A stretch of DNA of 55,356 bases from Burkholderiales bacterium. Lineage in GTDB: Bacteria; Pseudomonadota; Gammaproteobacteria; Burkholderiales; SG8-39. A program made the translations under genes and the position numbers. The number at the start of each line of letters is the position of its first letter. The stretch's first letter is position 1. A model generated the notes under the pieces. It saw only the letters and a list, made by a program, of their open reading frames with translations, had not been told where the DNA came from and did no database searches. The stretch lies in contig JBATEB010000195.1 in NCBI GenBank assembly GCA_049663805.1, positions 1-55,356 on the forward strand, in the 5' to 3' direction. This document shows, piece by piece, positions 1-8,578 of the stretch.

Positions 1-229
1 GCTCGATGCGCTTGTTTCGGAGCTGCGCGGGGCGCTGGTGAAATCGAAGATCGCCTTCGACTCGAAGTCCTTCGTGTCGCACGTAACGCTGTTGCGCGAG
101 GCGCACGAGCCCAGGGCGATGCCGGCGCTCGCGCCGATCGAATGGCGTCTCCACGGCTTCGCGCTGGTGCATTCCGTAACGCTGCCTCAAGGCAGCCGCT
201 ACGAAATTCGCAGGTCCTGGAAGGACTGA
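1..229 (+). CDS. thpR: RNA 2',3'-cyclic phosphodiesterase / 2'-5' RNA ligase family (ThpR/LigT), C-terminal fragment; 5' end is upstream of the window
   Basis: The reading frame is open from base 2 and continuous with ORF 38..229. It contains the second H-x-T-x motif (SHVTLLRE) followed by a short C-terminal tail, as in LigT/ThpR. Confidence 0.55.
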   Translation, partial: LDALVSELRGALVKSKIAFDSKSFVSHVTLLREAHEPRAMPALAPIEWRLHGFALVHSVTLPQGSRYEIRRSWKD

Positions 230-286
230 ACCGGCCGCGTCGACGGCCTGGACGAATCTGCGCACTTTGTCCTGTTTCGGCACCCG

Positions 287-314
287 GGGGAGCCGCAAAG
301 GGTTTGCGCTCCCC
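287..314. terminator. GC-rich hairpin between convergent thpR and envZ (possible bidirectional terminator)
   Basis: GGGGAGC(C)GCAAA-GGG-TTTGC-GCTCCCC forms a 7+5 bp stem with one bulged C. There is no clear U-tract on either side. Confidence 0.3.
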
Positions 315-391
315 ATCCTCATGGAACTGGGCACGCTCAAGGATTACTACCACGCCAAGTGGTATCCCGCGCGGCGCGACGTGTGGGATTC

Positions 392-1756
392 CTAGGCTGA
401 AGTCACCCCCCTGCCGATCCGGCGCATCGAGGCCGGCGACAGGGTCACGCCACCCGGGCCCTCGAGCGGAAGCCGGATGCGCGCGACGAGGCCACCGCCC
501 TCGCGCGCGAGCAGTTCGAATACGCCCCGGTGCGCGCGCACCACGCGCTCGACGATGGCGAGCCCGAGGCCCGCGCCTCCCTTGTCGCTGCGCGCGAGTT
601 CCAGCCGCGTGAAGGGATGCTTGAGGCGCTCCACCTCCGAGGGCGGAATCCCGGGGCCGCGATCGGCGACGTCGAGCACCACGGCGCCGCCTTCGGCGCG
701 CACCGCGACGTTGACTTCCTTTTCTCCGTAGCGCAGCGCGTTGTCGATGAGGTTCGACACCACCCGCCGCATCGACAGGACCTGCAGCGGCAGCCTGGGG
801 GTCGTGGAGAAATCGGTCGTGACGGACCTGCCGTGCCGGCGGTAGTTCCCGGCGACTTCGGCGGCGATCGCGACCAGGTCGGCCTGCTGCATCGGCTCGC
901 CGCCGTCGCTGCGGGCGAAATCGAGAAACTGGCCGATGATGCGGTCGATCTCCTCGAGGTCGGCGGTCATCCCGTCCTTCAGCTGCACATCGGCCCCGCT
1001 CATCTCCAGGCCGAGGCGCAATCGGGAGAGCGGCGTGCGCAGGTCGTGCGAGACGCCGGCGAGGATGAGCGCGCGATCGGCGTCGAGCCGGGCGAGATCC
1101 CGGGACATCTGGTTGAAGGCGCGCGACAGCGTGCGCATTTCCGCGGGCCCGGCTTCCGGAACGGGATCGGGAATGTTGCCCTTGCCGATCGCGCCCGCGG
1201 CGGAGGACAAGGCCCGCAGCGGCCGGCTGAGGCGCGATACGAGGACGTAGGCCGCGAGCAGCGACAGCGCGAGGGCGAGCGCGCCCCAGCCGAGCCAGCG
1301 CAATGCGATCTGGCGTTCGATGCGTTCGCGCGGCACGCGCACCCAATACTCGTCGTCATCGATGTGGAAGCTCAGCCAGAACCCGGTCTTGCCGTCGCGC
1401 TCGAGCGCGATGCGCGTGTCCTGCCCGAGCTCGCGCCGCACGATCTCGCTCACCAAGCGAACGAGCGGCCGGTCGCCCGGGAGGAGAATGCGCTCGCCGG
1501 GCTCCGCGGGGTAGATCTGGATACCCTCGCGCGCGGCGAGCTCGGCGAGCAGTTCGTGGCGCCGCTCGGGCTGAGACGTGATCAACGCGGTGCGGGTCAG
1601 GTTGACGATGCTGACGAAGTTCTGCGCGATCTGGCGCGCACGGGGCTCGATCTCGTAGGCGCGGAAGATCTCGAACCAGCCGACGGTCGTCGCCAGGACC
1701 AGTGCCGCGAGCAGGACGAAGGTCCGCCACAGGAGCGAGCGCGGCCAGATTCTCAC
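392..1756 (-). CDS. envZ: Osmolarity-type two-component sensor histidine kinase (EnvZ-like)
   Basis: 454 aa. It has two TM segments, a HAMP region, an H-box (GVSHDLRTPLSRLRL), and N and G boxes (NLIDNALRYG, DRGPGI, GGAGLGLAIV). It lies immediately downstream of ompR on the same strand. Confidence 0.85.
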   Translation of the reverse strand: MRIWPRSLLWRTFVLLAALVLATTVGWFEIFRAYEIEPRARQIAQNFVSIVNLTRTALITSQPERRHELLAELAAREGIQIYPAEPGERILLPGDRPLVRLVSEIVRRELGQDTRIALERDGKTGFWLSFHIDDDEYWVRVPRERIERQIALRWLGWGALALALSLLAAYVLVSRLSRPLRALSSAAGAIGKGNIPDPVPEAGPAEMRTLSRAFNQMSRDLARLDADRALILAGVSHDLRTPLSRLRLGLEMSGADVQLKDGMTADLEEIDRIIGQFLDFARSDGGEPMQQADLVAIAAEVAGNYRRHGRSVTTDFSTTPRLPLQVLSMRRVVSNLIDNALRYGEKEVNVAVRAEGGAVVLDVADRGPGIPPSEVERLKHPFTRLELARSDKGGAGLGLAIVERVVRAHRGVFELLAREGGGLVARIRLPLEGPGGVTLSPASMRRIGRGVTSA

Positions 1757-1772
1757 GCGCCGCGACCGGCCT

Positions 1773-2498
1773 TCACTGCGACTGGCCGTCGGGCACGAAA
1801 ACGTATCCGAAGCCCCAGACGGTCTGTATATAGGAGGGATGCGCGGGGTCGCGCTCGACCAGCTTGCGCAGGCGCGAAACCTGAACGTCGATCGAGCGGT
1901 CGAACACCTCGTACTCGCGACCGCGCGCCAGCTCCATCAGCTTGTCGCGCGACAAGGGCGTTCTCGGGTGGGTGACCAGCACCTTGAGCAGGGCGAACTC
2001 CCCGGTGGTGAGGGAGATCGACTGGCCCTCGCGCTCGAGCGCGCGCGTGGCAAGATTGACCGTCATGTTCCCGAAACTCACCCGCTCGGGCTCGGCCGAG
2101 GGCGCGCCCGGCGGCAGGGGCGCGGCGCGGCGGCGCAGCACCGCGTGGATGCGCGCGACCAGCTCCCGCGGATTGAAGGGTTTGGGAAGGTAGTCGTCCG
2201 CGCCCATCTCCAGGCCGACGATGCGGTCCACGTCCTCGCCCTTGGCGGTGAGCATGATGATGGGCAAGGGGTCCTTGCCGCCGCGCAGCCGCCGGCAGAT
2301 CGACAGGCCGTCTTCGCCCGGCAGCATCAGGTCGAGCACCAGAAGCTCGACACGCTCCCGCGCGAGCAGCTTGTCCATGGCGGGGGCGTCCGCGACCGTG
2401 TGCACGGTGAACCCCTGCTCGGTAAGATAGCGCTGCAGCAGGTCGCGCAGCCGCAGATCGTCGTCAACGACGAGAATTCTTGTTTTCAGATCGGCCAT
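1773..2498 (-). CDS. ompR: OmpR-family response regulator
   Basis: Starts at MADLKTRILVVDDDLRLRDLL (internal Met of ORF 1773..2579). It has a receiver domain (LVLDLMLPGEDG) and a winged-helix C-terminus (IQTVWGFGYVF). There are 16 nt between its stop and the envZ start. Confidence 0.9.
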   Translation of the reverse strand: MADLKTRILVVDDDLRLRDLLQRYLTEQGFTVHTVADAPAMDKLLARERVELLVLDLMLPGEDGLSICRRLRGGKDPLPIIMLTAKGEDVDRIVGLEMGADDYLPKPFNPRELVARIHAVLRRRAAPLPPGAPSAEPERVSFGNMTVNLATRALEREGQSISLTTGEFALLKVLVTHPRTPLSRDKLMELARGREYEVFDRSIDVQVSRLRKLVERDPAHPSYIQTVWGFGYVFVPDGQSQ

Positions 2499-2572
2499 CG
2501 GGCGGTATCGTACCCCGAGGGGCGCGGCGATGGCGAAGGCGGGGGTAACGGCGCGTTGCCACCCGGGGGCCG

Positions 2573-2592
2573 GAAACAAGTTGTTACAATGC
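2573..2592. promoter_or_regulatory. OmpR-box-like tandem half-sites overlapping a TACAAT -10-like hexamer
   Basis: GAAACAAGTT-GTTACAATGC. The GAAACA and GTTACA hexamers start exactly 10 bp apart, which is the OmpR tandem half-site geometry. They sit in an A/T-rich island inside an otherwise GC-rich divergent spacer. TACAAT is at 2585-2590. Confidence 0.3.
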
Positions 2593-2699
2593 CCGGGCCA
2601 GGCGTCGCAAATGACTTACAAAGCCGGCCTAGTCTGGGCGCACTCGAGCGGCTGCGCGATCGACCGCGCGGCCGGGACGGCAGGTCAACGGAGCAAATC

Positions 2700-2981
2700 G
2701 TGAAACGCGTGGTGGTCTTGTGCAGTATTGCGACGCTGCTGCTGGTTAGCTTTCCGGCAGCCGCTCAGAACGGCCCGGGCGACCGGCGGTTCGGCCAGGG
2801 AAGCCCGGTGCGCCAGCCGCCGCCGCAGCGCGTCCCGGCGCGCGATGCGACGGGCGAAAATCGCAAGGCCAGCCGCGATGTGCGCATGACCCCGGAGCAG
2901 CGGCAGCAATTGCGGCGGGATATTCACGACCACGGCCGCGACATCTACCGCGACCGCGGCGACGCCGGCCGGCGTCGCTGA
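2700..2981 (+). CDS. Small secreted Arg-rich hypothetical protein (93 aa), divergent from ompR-envZ
   Basis: GTG start preceded by ACGGAG. It has a signal peptide (VKRVVVLCSIATLLLVSFPAAAQ), then a low-complexity Pro/Arg region, then RMTPEQRQQLRRDIHDHGRDIYRDR. It is the 3' part of the spurious long ORF 1839..2981. Confidence 0.55.
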   Translation: MKRVVVLCSIATLLLVSFPAAAQNGPGDRRFGQGSPVRQPPPQRVPARDATGENRKASRDVRMTPEQRQQLRRDIHDHGRDIYRDRGDAGRRR

Positions 2982-3008
2982 TCCGGTTCCGCGGTTTCCC
3001 CAGGAATT

Positions 3009-4067
3009 TCACAGCGCGGCGGCGATCGCCTTGCCGACCTCGCCGGTCGAGGCCTTGCCGCCGATATCGCGCGTGCGCGGGCCTTCGGTGAGGACGCGCT
3101 CGATGGCGGCGACGATGGCCGCGCCGGCGTTCTTGTGCCCGAGGTGCTCGAGCATCATCGCGCCGGACCAGATCTGGCCGATCGGATTGGCGATGTTCTT
3201 TCCCGCGATATCCGGCGCCGAGCCGTGCACCGGTTCGAACACCGACGGGAATTTGCGCTCCGGATTGATGTTGCCCGAGGGGGCGATGCCGATGGTGCCG
3301 GTGCAGGCCGGACCGAGGTCCGAGAGGATGTCCCCGAATAGATTCGAACCGACCACCACGTCGAACCAGTCCGGATGTTGCACGAAGTGGGCGGTGAGGA
3401 TGTCGATGTGATACTGGTCGGTCTTGACCTCGGGATAGTTCGAGGCCATGGCGCGGACGCGCTCGTCCCAGTAGGGCATGGTGATCGAGATGCCGTTCGA
3501 CTTGGTGGCCGAAGTCAGGTGTTTTTTCGGACGCGCGCGCGCGAGTTCGAAGGCGTACCTGAGCACGCGGTCGATACCCTGGCGCGTGAAGGTGCTCTGC
3601 TGCACCACGGTCTCGCGCTCGGTCCCTTCGAAAATGCGCCCGCCGATCGACGAGTATTCGCCTTCGGTGTTCTCGCGCACTACCCAGAAATCGATGTCGC
3701 CCTGCTTGCGCCCGGCGAGCGGGGACTGGATGCCCGGCATCAGCCTGACCGGGCGCAGGTTGACGTAGAGATCGAAGCCGCGGCGCATCGGGATCAGCAG
3801 CTCCCACAGCGACACGTGATCGGGCACCCCGGGAAAGCCGCAGGCGCCGAAGAATACTGCGTCGTGGCCGCGGATCGTCGCGAGACCGTCCTCGGGCATC
3901 ATGCGCCCGTGCTTGAGGCGGTATTCGCAGCTCCAGGGAAACTCGTCCCATCTGAATTCGATGCCGAACTTGCGTCCCGCGGCCTCGAGCACGCGCAATC
4001 CCTCGGGCATGACCTCTCTTCCGATGCCGTCGCCGGGAATGACGGCGATCCGATATTTTTTTGCCAT
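3009..4067 (-). CDS. Tartrate dehydrogenase/decarboxylase-like enzyme (isocitrate/isopropylmalate dehydrogenase family)
   Basis: 352 aa. The N-terminus is YRIAVIPGDGIGREV. It contains FDLYVNLRP, NLFGDILSDL and HGSAPDIAGKNIANP, which are family signatures. Its length and sequence are closest to the TtuC / D-malate dehydrogenase type. Confidence 0.8.
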   Translation of the reverse strand: MAKKYRIAVIPGDGIGREVMPEGLRVLEAAGRKFGIEFRWDEFPWSCEYRLKHGRMMPEDGLATIRGHDAVFFGACGFPGVPDHVSLWELLIPMRRGFDLYVNLRPVRLMPGIQSPLAGRKQGDIDFWVVRENTEGEYSSIGGRIFEGTERETVVQQSTFTRQGIDRVLRYAFELARARPKKHLTSATKSNGISITMPYWDERVRAMASNYPEVKTDQYHIDILTAHFVQHPDWFDVVVGSNLFGDILSDLGPACTGTIGIAPSGNINPERKFPSVFEPVHGSAPDIAGKNIANPIGQIWSGAMMLEHLGHKNAGAAIVAAIERVLTEGPRTRDIGGKASTGEVGKAIAAAL

Positions 4068-4077
4068 CGTATTTTCC

Positions 4078-5013
4078 CTAAAAGGCGACGTTGCGGGGAC
4101 CCTTGAGCTTCAGCATCTCGCGCGCCTCGTCCGGCGTGGCGACCTGCAGGCCGAGTTCCTCGAGGATACGGCGGACCTTCGCGACCTGCTCGGCGTTGGT
4201 CCTGGCGAGGGTGCCGCGGCCGAGCCACAGGCTGTCCTCCAGCCCGACGCGCACGTTGCCGCCCATCACCGCCGACATCGTCGCGACGAACATCTGGTTT
4301 CGTCCGGCGCCGAGCACCGACCACAGGTAGGCGTCGCCGAACAGGCGGTCGGCGGTGCGTTTCATGTGCAGCACGTCCTCGGGATGCGGGCCGATCCCGC
4401 CGCGGATGCCGAATACCGACTGTATGAAAAGCGGCGGCTTGACCAGCCCGCGGTCGAGGAAATGCGCCGCCGTATACAAGTGCCCGATGTCGTAGCACTC
4501 GATCTCGAAGCGCGTGTCGTTGCCGCTGCAGGACTCGAGAATATGTGCGATGTCGCGGAAGGTATTCTTGAAGATGCGTTCGTCGCTGCCCGCAAGGTAA
4601 GGCTGCTCCCAGTCGTATTTCCAGTCCTTGTGGCGCCCGAGCATTTCGTACAGCCCGAAATTCATCGAGCCCATGTTGAGCGAGGCGACCTCGGGCTTGA
4701 GCCGGAGCGCCGGCTGCAGGCGCTCCTCCACCGACATGGTGGGCGCGCCGCCGGTGGTGAGGTTGATCACGACATTCGAAGCGGCCCTGATCTGCGGCAG
4801 GAAGCGCATGAACATCGCCGGATCCTGCGTCGGGCGCCCGTCGGCGGGCTCGCGCGCGTGAAGGTGCACGATCGCCGCGCCCGCCTGGGCCGCTCCGATC
4901 GCGGCCGCGGCGATTTCTTCCGGGGTCACCGGAAGGTATTGCGACATCGTCGGGGTGTGAATCGCGCCGGTGACGGCGCAGGTGATGATGACCTTGCCCT
5001 GTGCGGCTGCCAT
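4078..5013 (-). CDS. 3-keto-5-aminohexanoate cleavage enzyme family protein (BKACE, DUF849)
   Basis: Contains KVIITCAVTGAIHTPTMSQYLPVTPEEIA...AGAAIVHLHAR, the typical BKACE N-terminus. Start chosen at the internal Met (MAAAQGK); ORF 4078..5070 allows a longer form. Only 10 nt separate it from the downstream dehydrogenase. Confidence 0.8.
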   Translation of the reverse strand: MAAAQGKVIITCAVTGAIHTPTMSQYLPVTPEEIAAAAIGAAQAGAAIVHLHAREPADGRPTQDPAMFMRFLPQIRAASNVVINLTTGGAPTMSVEERLQPALRLKPEVASLNMGSMNFGLYEMLGRHKDWKYDWEQPYLAGSDERIFKNTFRDIAHILESCSGNDTRFEIECYDIGHLYTAAHFLDRGLVKPPLFIQSVFGIRGGIGPHPEDVLHMKRTADRLFGDAYLWSVLGAGRNQMFVATMSAVMGGNVRVGLEDSLWLGRGTLARTNAEQVAKVRRILEELGLQVATPDEAREMLKLKGPRNVAF

Positions 5014-5121
5014 TATCGGTCGCGGCTCATTTTGCAGGCGAATCATCGGCGGAGTCGCGGTCCGGGTCAAGCGGACCCGATGCGCCGCGATCGGCTAGAA
5101 TTTCGGGGCGCGTTTCCCGCC

Positions 5122-5808
5122 ATGAACCTGCTCGCGATCGATACCTCCACGGATTTCTGCTCGGTCGCGGCCAGCCGCGGTCGCGAGCTGTTTTCCCGCC
5201 ACGAGCCGGCCGCGCAGCGCCAGGCGGAAATGATCCTCGGCATGATCGACGCGGTGCTCGCGGAAGCGGGGCTCGAATTCGCCCGGATCGACGGCATCGC
5301 CTTCGGCGCCGGGCCGGGTTCCTTCACGGGCCTGCGCATCGCCGCCGGCGTGGCGCAAGGCCTCGCGCTCGCGCGCGGCCTGGGAGTCGTCGGGGTCGGA
5401 ACCCTGTTCGCACTGGCGGACTCCGTCGCCGAAGAAAGCGGGGACGATCGGATCGTCGCCTGTCTCGATGCGCATAGGGGTGAGGTCTATCACGCCGCCT
5501 ACCGCAAGGTCGGCGGCGAATGGGAGGAAGTGAGCGCACCCGGCCTTTACGATCCGGACGGGGTGCCGGTCGTGTCCGGCGGGGCCTGGACGGGGTGCGG
5601 CAGCGGTTTTGCCGTTCATGGAGATCGACTCTCGGCCCGCCTGGCCGATTGCGTTTCGGCGGTCAGGCCCGGGGCGTCTCCGACCGCGCGCTCCGTGCTC
5701 AGGCTCGCGATGCCGCGCTTCGCGGCGGGCGAAGCCGCCGACGCCGCCGCCGCGGTGCCGGTGTACCTGCGCGACCGGGTCGCGCTCAAGACGGGCGAAC
5801 GCCGATGA
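5122..5808 (+). CDS. tsaB: tRNA threonylcarbamoyladenosine (t6A) biosynthesis protein TsaB
   Basis: Contains MNLLAIDTSTDFCSVA...GPGSFTGLRIAAGVAQGLA. It is the 3' part of ORF 3901..5808. Confidence 0.9.
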   Translation: MNLLAIDTSTDFCSVAASRGRELFSRHEPAAQRQAEMILGMIDAVLAEAGLEFARIDGIAFGAGPGSFTGLRIAAGVAQGLALARGLGVVGVGTLFALADSVAEESGDDRIVACLDAHRGEVYHAAYRKVGGEWEEVSAPGLYDPDGVPVVSGGAWTGCGSGFAVHGDRLSARLADCVSAVRPGASPTARSVLRLAMPRFAAGEAADAAAAVPVYLRDRVALKTGERR

Positions 5809-6266
5809 GCGCGGTGCTCAGACCCGAGTTCCGATTCGAGCCGATGGCCGAGGGCGATCTTCGCCGCGTGCTCGAGATCGAAGCGAGCATCTACGCTTTC
5901 CCCTGGACGCTGGGGAATTTCCGGGACTCGCTGCGCGCGGGATACGGCTGCTGGGTCTATCGCGACGGCAGGGAGCTGATCGGTTATGCGGTGCTCGTGC
6001 TCGCCGCCGGCGAGGCGCATCTGCTCAATCTGAGCGTCGCCGCCCACGCGCAGGGCCGCGGCCACGGAGGCAGGCTGCTCGGCAACGTGATCGGCCTCGC
6101 GCGCGATCGCGGCGCGAAGCTGCTGTTCCTCGAGGTTCGCCCTTCGAACGACGCGGGGCGGCGCCTCTACGCCGCGCACGGTTTCAGGCGGGTCGGCGTG
6201 CGGCGCGCCTACTATCCGGCGCATCGGGGCCGGGAGGACGCGCTCGTCCTCTCGTTGGACCTGTGA
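5805..6266 (+). CDS. rimI: Ribosomal-protein-alanine N-acetyltransferase
   Basis: ATGA overlap with the tsaB stop. It has a GNAT fold (AHLLNLSVAAHAQGRGHGGRLL, LEVRPSNDAGRRLYAAHGF). tsaB-rimI synteny is conserved. Confidence 0.85.
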   Translation: MSAVLRPEFRFEPMAEGDLRRVLEIEASIYAFPWTLGNFRDSLRAGYGCWVYRDGRELIGYAVLVLAAGEAHLLNLSVAAHAQGRGHGGRLLGNVIGLARDRGAKLLFLEVRPSNDAGRRLYAAHGFRRVGVRRAYYPAHRGREDALVLSLDL

Positions 6267-7045
6267 GCGGGCGGCGCGAGCGCTACCTGGAGGAAATGGG
6301 GCTGGGCCCGGTCTGGCGGCTGCGCGGCAGGGAGGGCGCGTCGGGAATCAAGGAGGAGCATGCGCCGGGCACGCTCGCCGGGATGGCGCAGCCGTCGCCC
6401 GTTTCCGGTCCGGGCGTCTCCGCGCCCGCGCGCGGACTCGAGGGAGCCGCAAAACCGGAAATCGCCGTCGATCGCGCGGCCCGGATCCTGCGCATGGATT
6501 GGGCGGAGCTCAGGGCGGCGGTCGCCGGCTGCCGCGCCTGCGGTTTGCGCAAGGGCTGCACCCAGACGGTGTTCGGCGTCGGCGACGAGCACGCCGACTG
6601 GATGCTGGTCGGCGAGGCGCCGGGCGCGGAGGAGGACGCGCGCGGCGAACCCTTCGTGGGGCAGGCGGGGCGCCTGCTCGACAACATGCTCGCCGCGATC
6701 GGACTCAGACGCGGCGAGAACGTCTACATCTGCAATGTCCTCAAGTGCCGGCCCCCGGGCAACCGCAACCCCGAGCCTTTCGAGGTCGCCCAGTGCTCGC
6801 CGCACCTCGCGCGGCAGCTCGCGCTGATCAAGCCGAAGCTGATTCTCGCGATGGGGCGCTTCGCGGTGCAGACGCTGCTCGGCACCGAGGCGAGCATCGC
6901 GAGCCTGCGCGGCCGGTTGCACCGCTACCAGGGCGTGCCGCTCGTCGTCACGTATCATCCGGCGTACCTGCTGCGCAGCCTTCCCGACAAGGCCAAGGCA
7001 TGGGAGGATCTGTGCTTCGCGCGGCGGACCGTCGCTACCCTGTAA
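6263..7045 (+). CDS. Uracil-DNA glycosylase, family 4
   Basis: GTGA overlap with the rimI stop. It has the family-4 motifs (CRACGL, GEAPGAEEDARGEPFVGQAGRLLD, ICNVLKCRPPGNRNP, HPAYLLR). An alternative ATG start is at 6296. Confidence 0.85.
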   Translation: MSGRRERYLEEMGLGPVWRLRGREGASGIKEEHAPGTLAGMAQPSPVSGPGVSAPARGLEGAAKPEIAVDRAARILRMDWAELRAAVAGCRACGLRKGCTQTVFGVGDEHADWMLVGEAPGAEEDARGEPFVGQAGRLLDNMLAAIGLRRGENVYICNVLKCRPPGNRNPEPFEVAQCSPHLARQLALIKPKLILAMGRFAVQTLLGTEASIASLRGRLHRYQGVPLVVTYHPAYLLRSLPDKAKAWEDLCFARRTVATL

Positions 7046-7103
7046 TCCGGCGCCGCGCCTGGCCGACGAGCCGCCAAACCGGCCGGCCTGTCATCGACCA
7101 GGG

Positions 7104-8438
7104 TCAGGGCTTCCGCGGGTGCTCCTTCGCGGCGAACCGCGAGCGCGGCTTTTCCATGCCGATCAGATGCAGGGAATCGCCCCGGTTCTGGTTGTACCGG
7201 TGGCGCTGGATCACCATGAGCATCGTGACGACGACGAACGCGCCGAAGGCGACGATGATGGTATTGATGTGAAAATCGGCCTTGATCATGGCCGAATAGA
7301 TCGCGAGCATCACCAGGATCGAGATGTTCTCGTTGAAGTTTTGAACCGCGATCGAATGTCCCGCGGAGAGAAGCACGTAGCCGCGGTGCTGGAGCAGGGC
7401 ATTCATCGGCACGACGAAGAAGCCCGCCATGCTCCCGATGAGTATCAGCAGCGCGTAGACCAGGGGCATGCTCGAAACGAAAATCATGGTCATGACGACC
7501 GCACCCATGAGCACGCCCGCGGGCAGCACGCTGAGCGAACGCTTCAGGGGAATGAAGCGACCGGCAACCACCGCCCCGACGGCAACGCCCACGGCCGTGA
7601 CGCCCTGAAGGATCGCGCCCTTGTCCAGCGCCAGCCCGAGATGGACGGCGGCCCACTGGAGCACGAGGAACTGCAGGGTCGCGCCCGCCCCCCAAAAGAG
7701 GGTGGTCACGCCCAGCGAGATCTGTCCGAGCTTGTCCTTCCACAGCGTGGTGAAGCAGGTATAGAAATCGCGCATCAGCAACACCGGGTCGGTTTGTTGC
7801 TTGCCGTAGCGCACGCCGGTCTCCGGGATGAAGAGATTGAATATCGCGGCGACGACGTACAGCGTCGAGATGACGAGGATCGCGGCTTCCGCCGGCGTCT
7901 CGACGCCGGTGTCGATGCGCGGGACATCGATGGCGAGGAGTGTCGAGGCGACGTGCGGGCTGATGAGCGCCCCGCCCAGCACCGTCCCCAGGATGATCGA
8001 AGCGACCGTCAGGCCCTCGATCCAGCCGTTTGCGGCGACCAGTTTGGCGGGCGGAAGGAGCTCGGTGAGTATCCCGTATTTCGCGGGGGAATACGCCGCC
8101 GCTCCAAAACCGACGACGGCGTACGCTACCAGCACCAGGGCATAGGCCGGGATCCCCGCGAACTCCACGTAGTCCACGAAGAACATCATGATGCAGCCGA
8201 CGATCTTGATCAGGTTCGTGATGAACATCACCTGGCCCTTCGGGATCGCATCGGCGAATGCACCGACGAAGGCGGCGAGCGCGACGTAGGAAACCGTAAA
8301 GAAGAACTTCAACAGCGGCACCATCCATGCCGGGCCGTCGAGCTCGAGGAGCTGGGCGATGGCGGCAATCAGCAGCGCGTTGTCGGCGAGCGACGAGAAA
8401 AACTGCGCCGCCATGATCGTGTAGAAACCCCGGCTCAT
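7104..8438 (-). CDS. lplT: Lysophospholipid transporter LplT (MFS)
   Basis: Starts MSRGFYTIMAAQFFSSLADNALLIAA, with an AAGGAA Shine-Dalgarno. It has a 12-TM MFS-like hydrophobic profile. The lplT/alr-radA neighbourhood is as in Burkholderiales. Confidence 0.8.
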   Translation of the reverse strand: MSRGFYTIMAAQFFSSLADNALLIAAIAQLLELDGPAWMVPLLKFFFTVSYVALAAFVGAFADAIPKGQVMFITNLIKIVGCIMMFFVDYVEFAGIPAYALVLVAYAVVGFGAAAYSPAKYGILTELLPPAKLVAANGWIEGLTVASIILGTVLGGALISPHVASTLLAIDVPRIDTGVETPAEAAILVISTLYVVAAIFNLFIPETGVRYGKQQTDPVLLMRDFYTCFTTLWKDKLGQISLGVTTLFWGAGATLQFLVLQWAAVHLGLALDKGAILQGVTAVGVAVGAVVAGRFIPLKRSLSVLPAGVLMGAVVMTMIFVSSMPLVYALLILIGSMAGFFVVPMNALLQHRGYVLLSAGHSIAVQNFNENISILVMLAIYSAMIKADFHINTIIVAFGAFVVVTMLMVIQRHRYNQNRGDSLHLIGMEKPRSRFAAKEHPRKP

Positions 8439-8578
8439 CGATTCCTTGTATGGGCGCCGCGTCGACAGAGGGCAAACGTCTTGACCGCTCGTCTTATACC
8501 ACGACTCATTTGTGTGCTGCCGGAGTTCCCGTCTGCGCACCGGACAGTCTCGCTCGTTTTATGGTCGAATGGCGACCC

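Noticed and set aside
321-395. 24-codon ORF (MELGTLKDYYHAKWYPARRDVWDS) in the thpR-envZ spacer
   Set aside because: It has no Shine-Dalgarno, it overlaps the envZ stop codon on the other strand, it is too short to evaluate, and I recognise no family.
3901-5121. Long upstream extension of the tsaB ORF (635-aa ORF 3901..5808)
   Set aside because: It is antisense to the BKACE gene. TsaB homology starts at MNLLAIDTS (5122).
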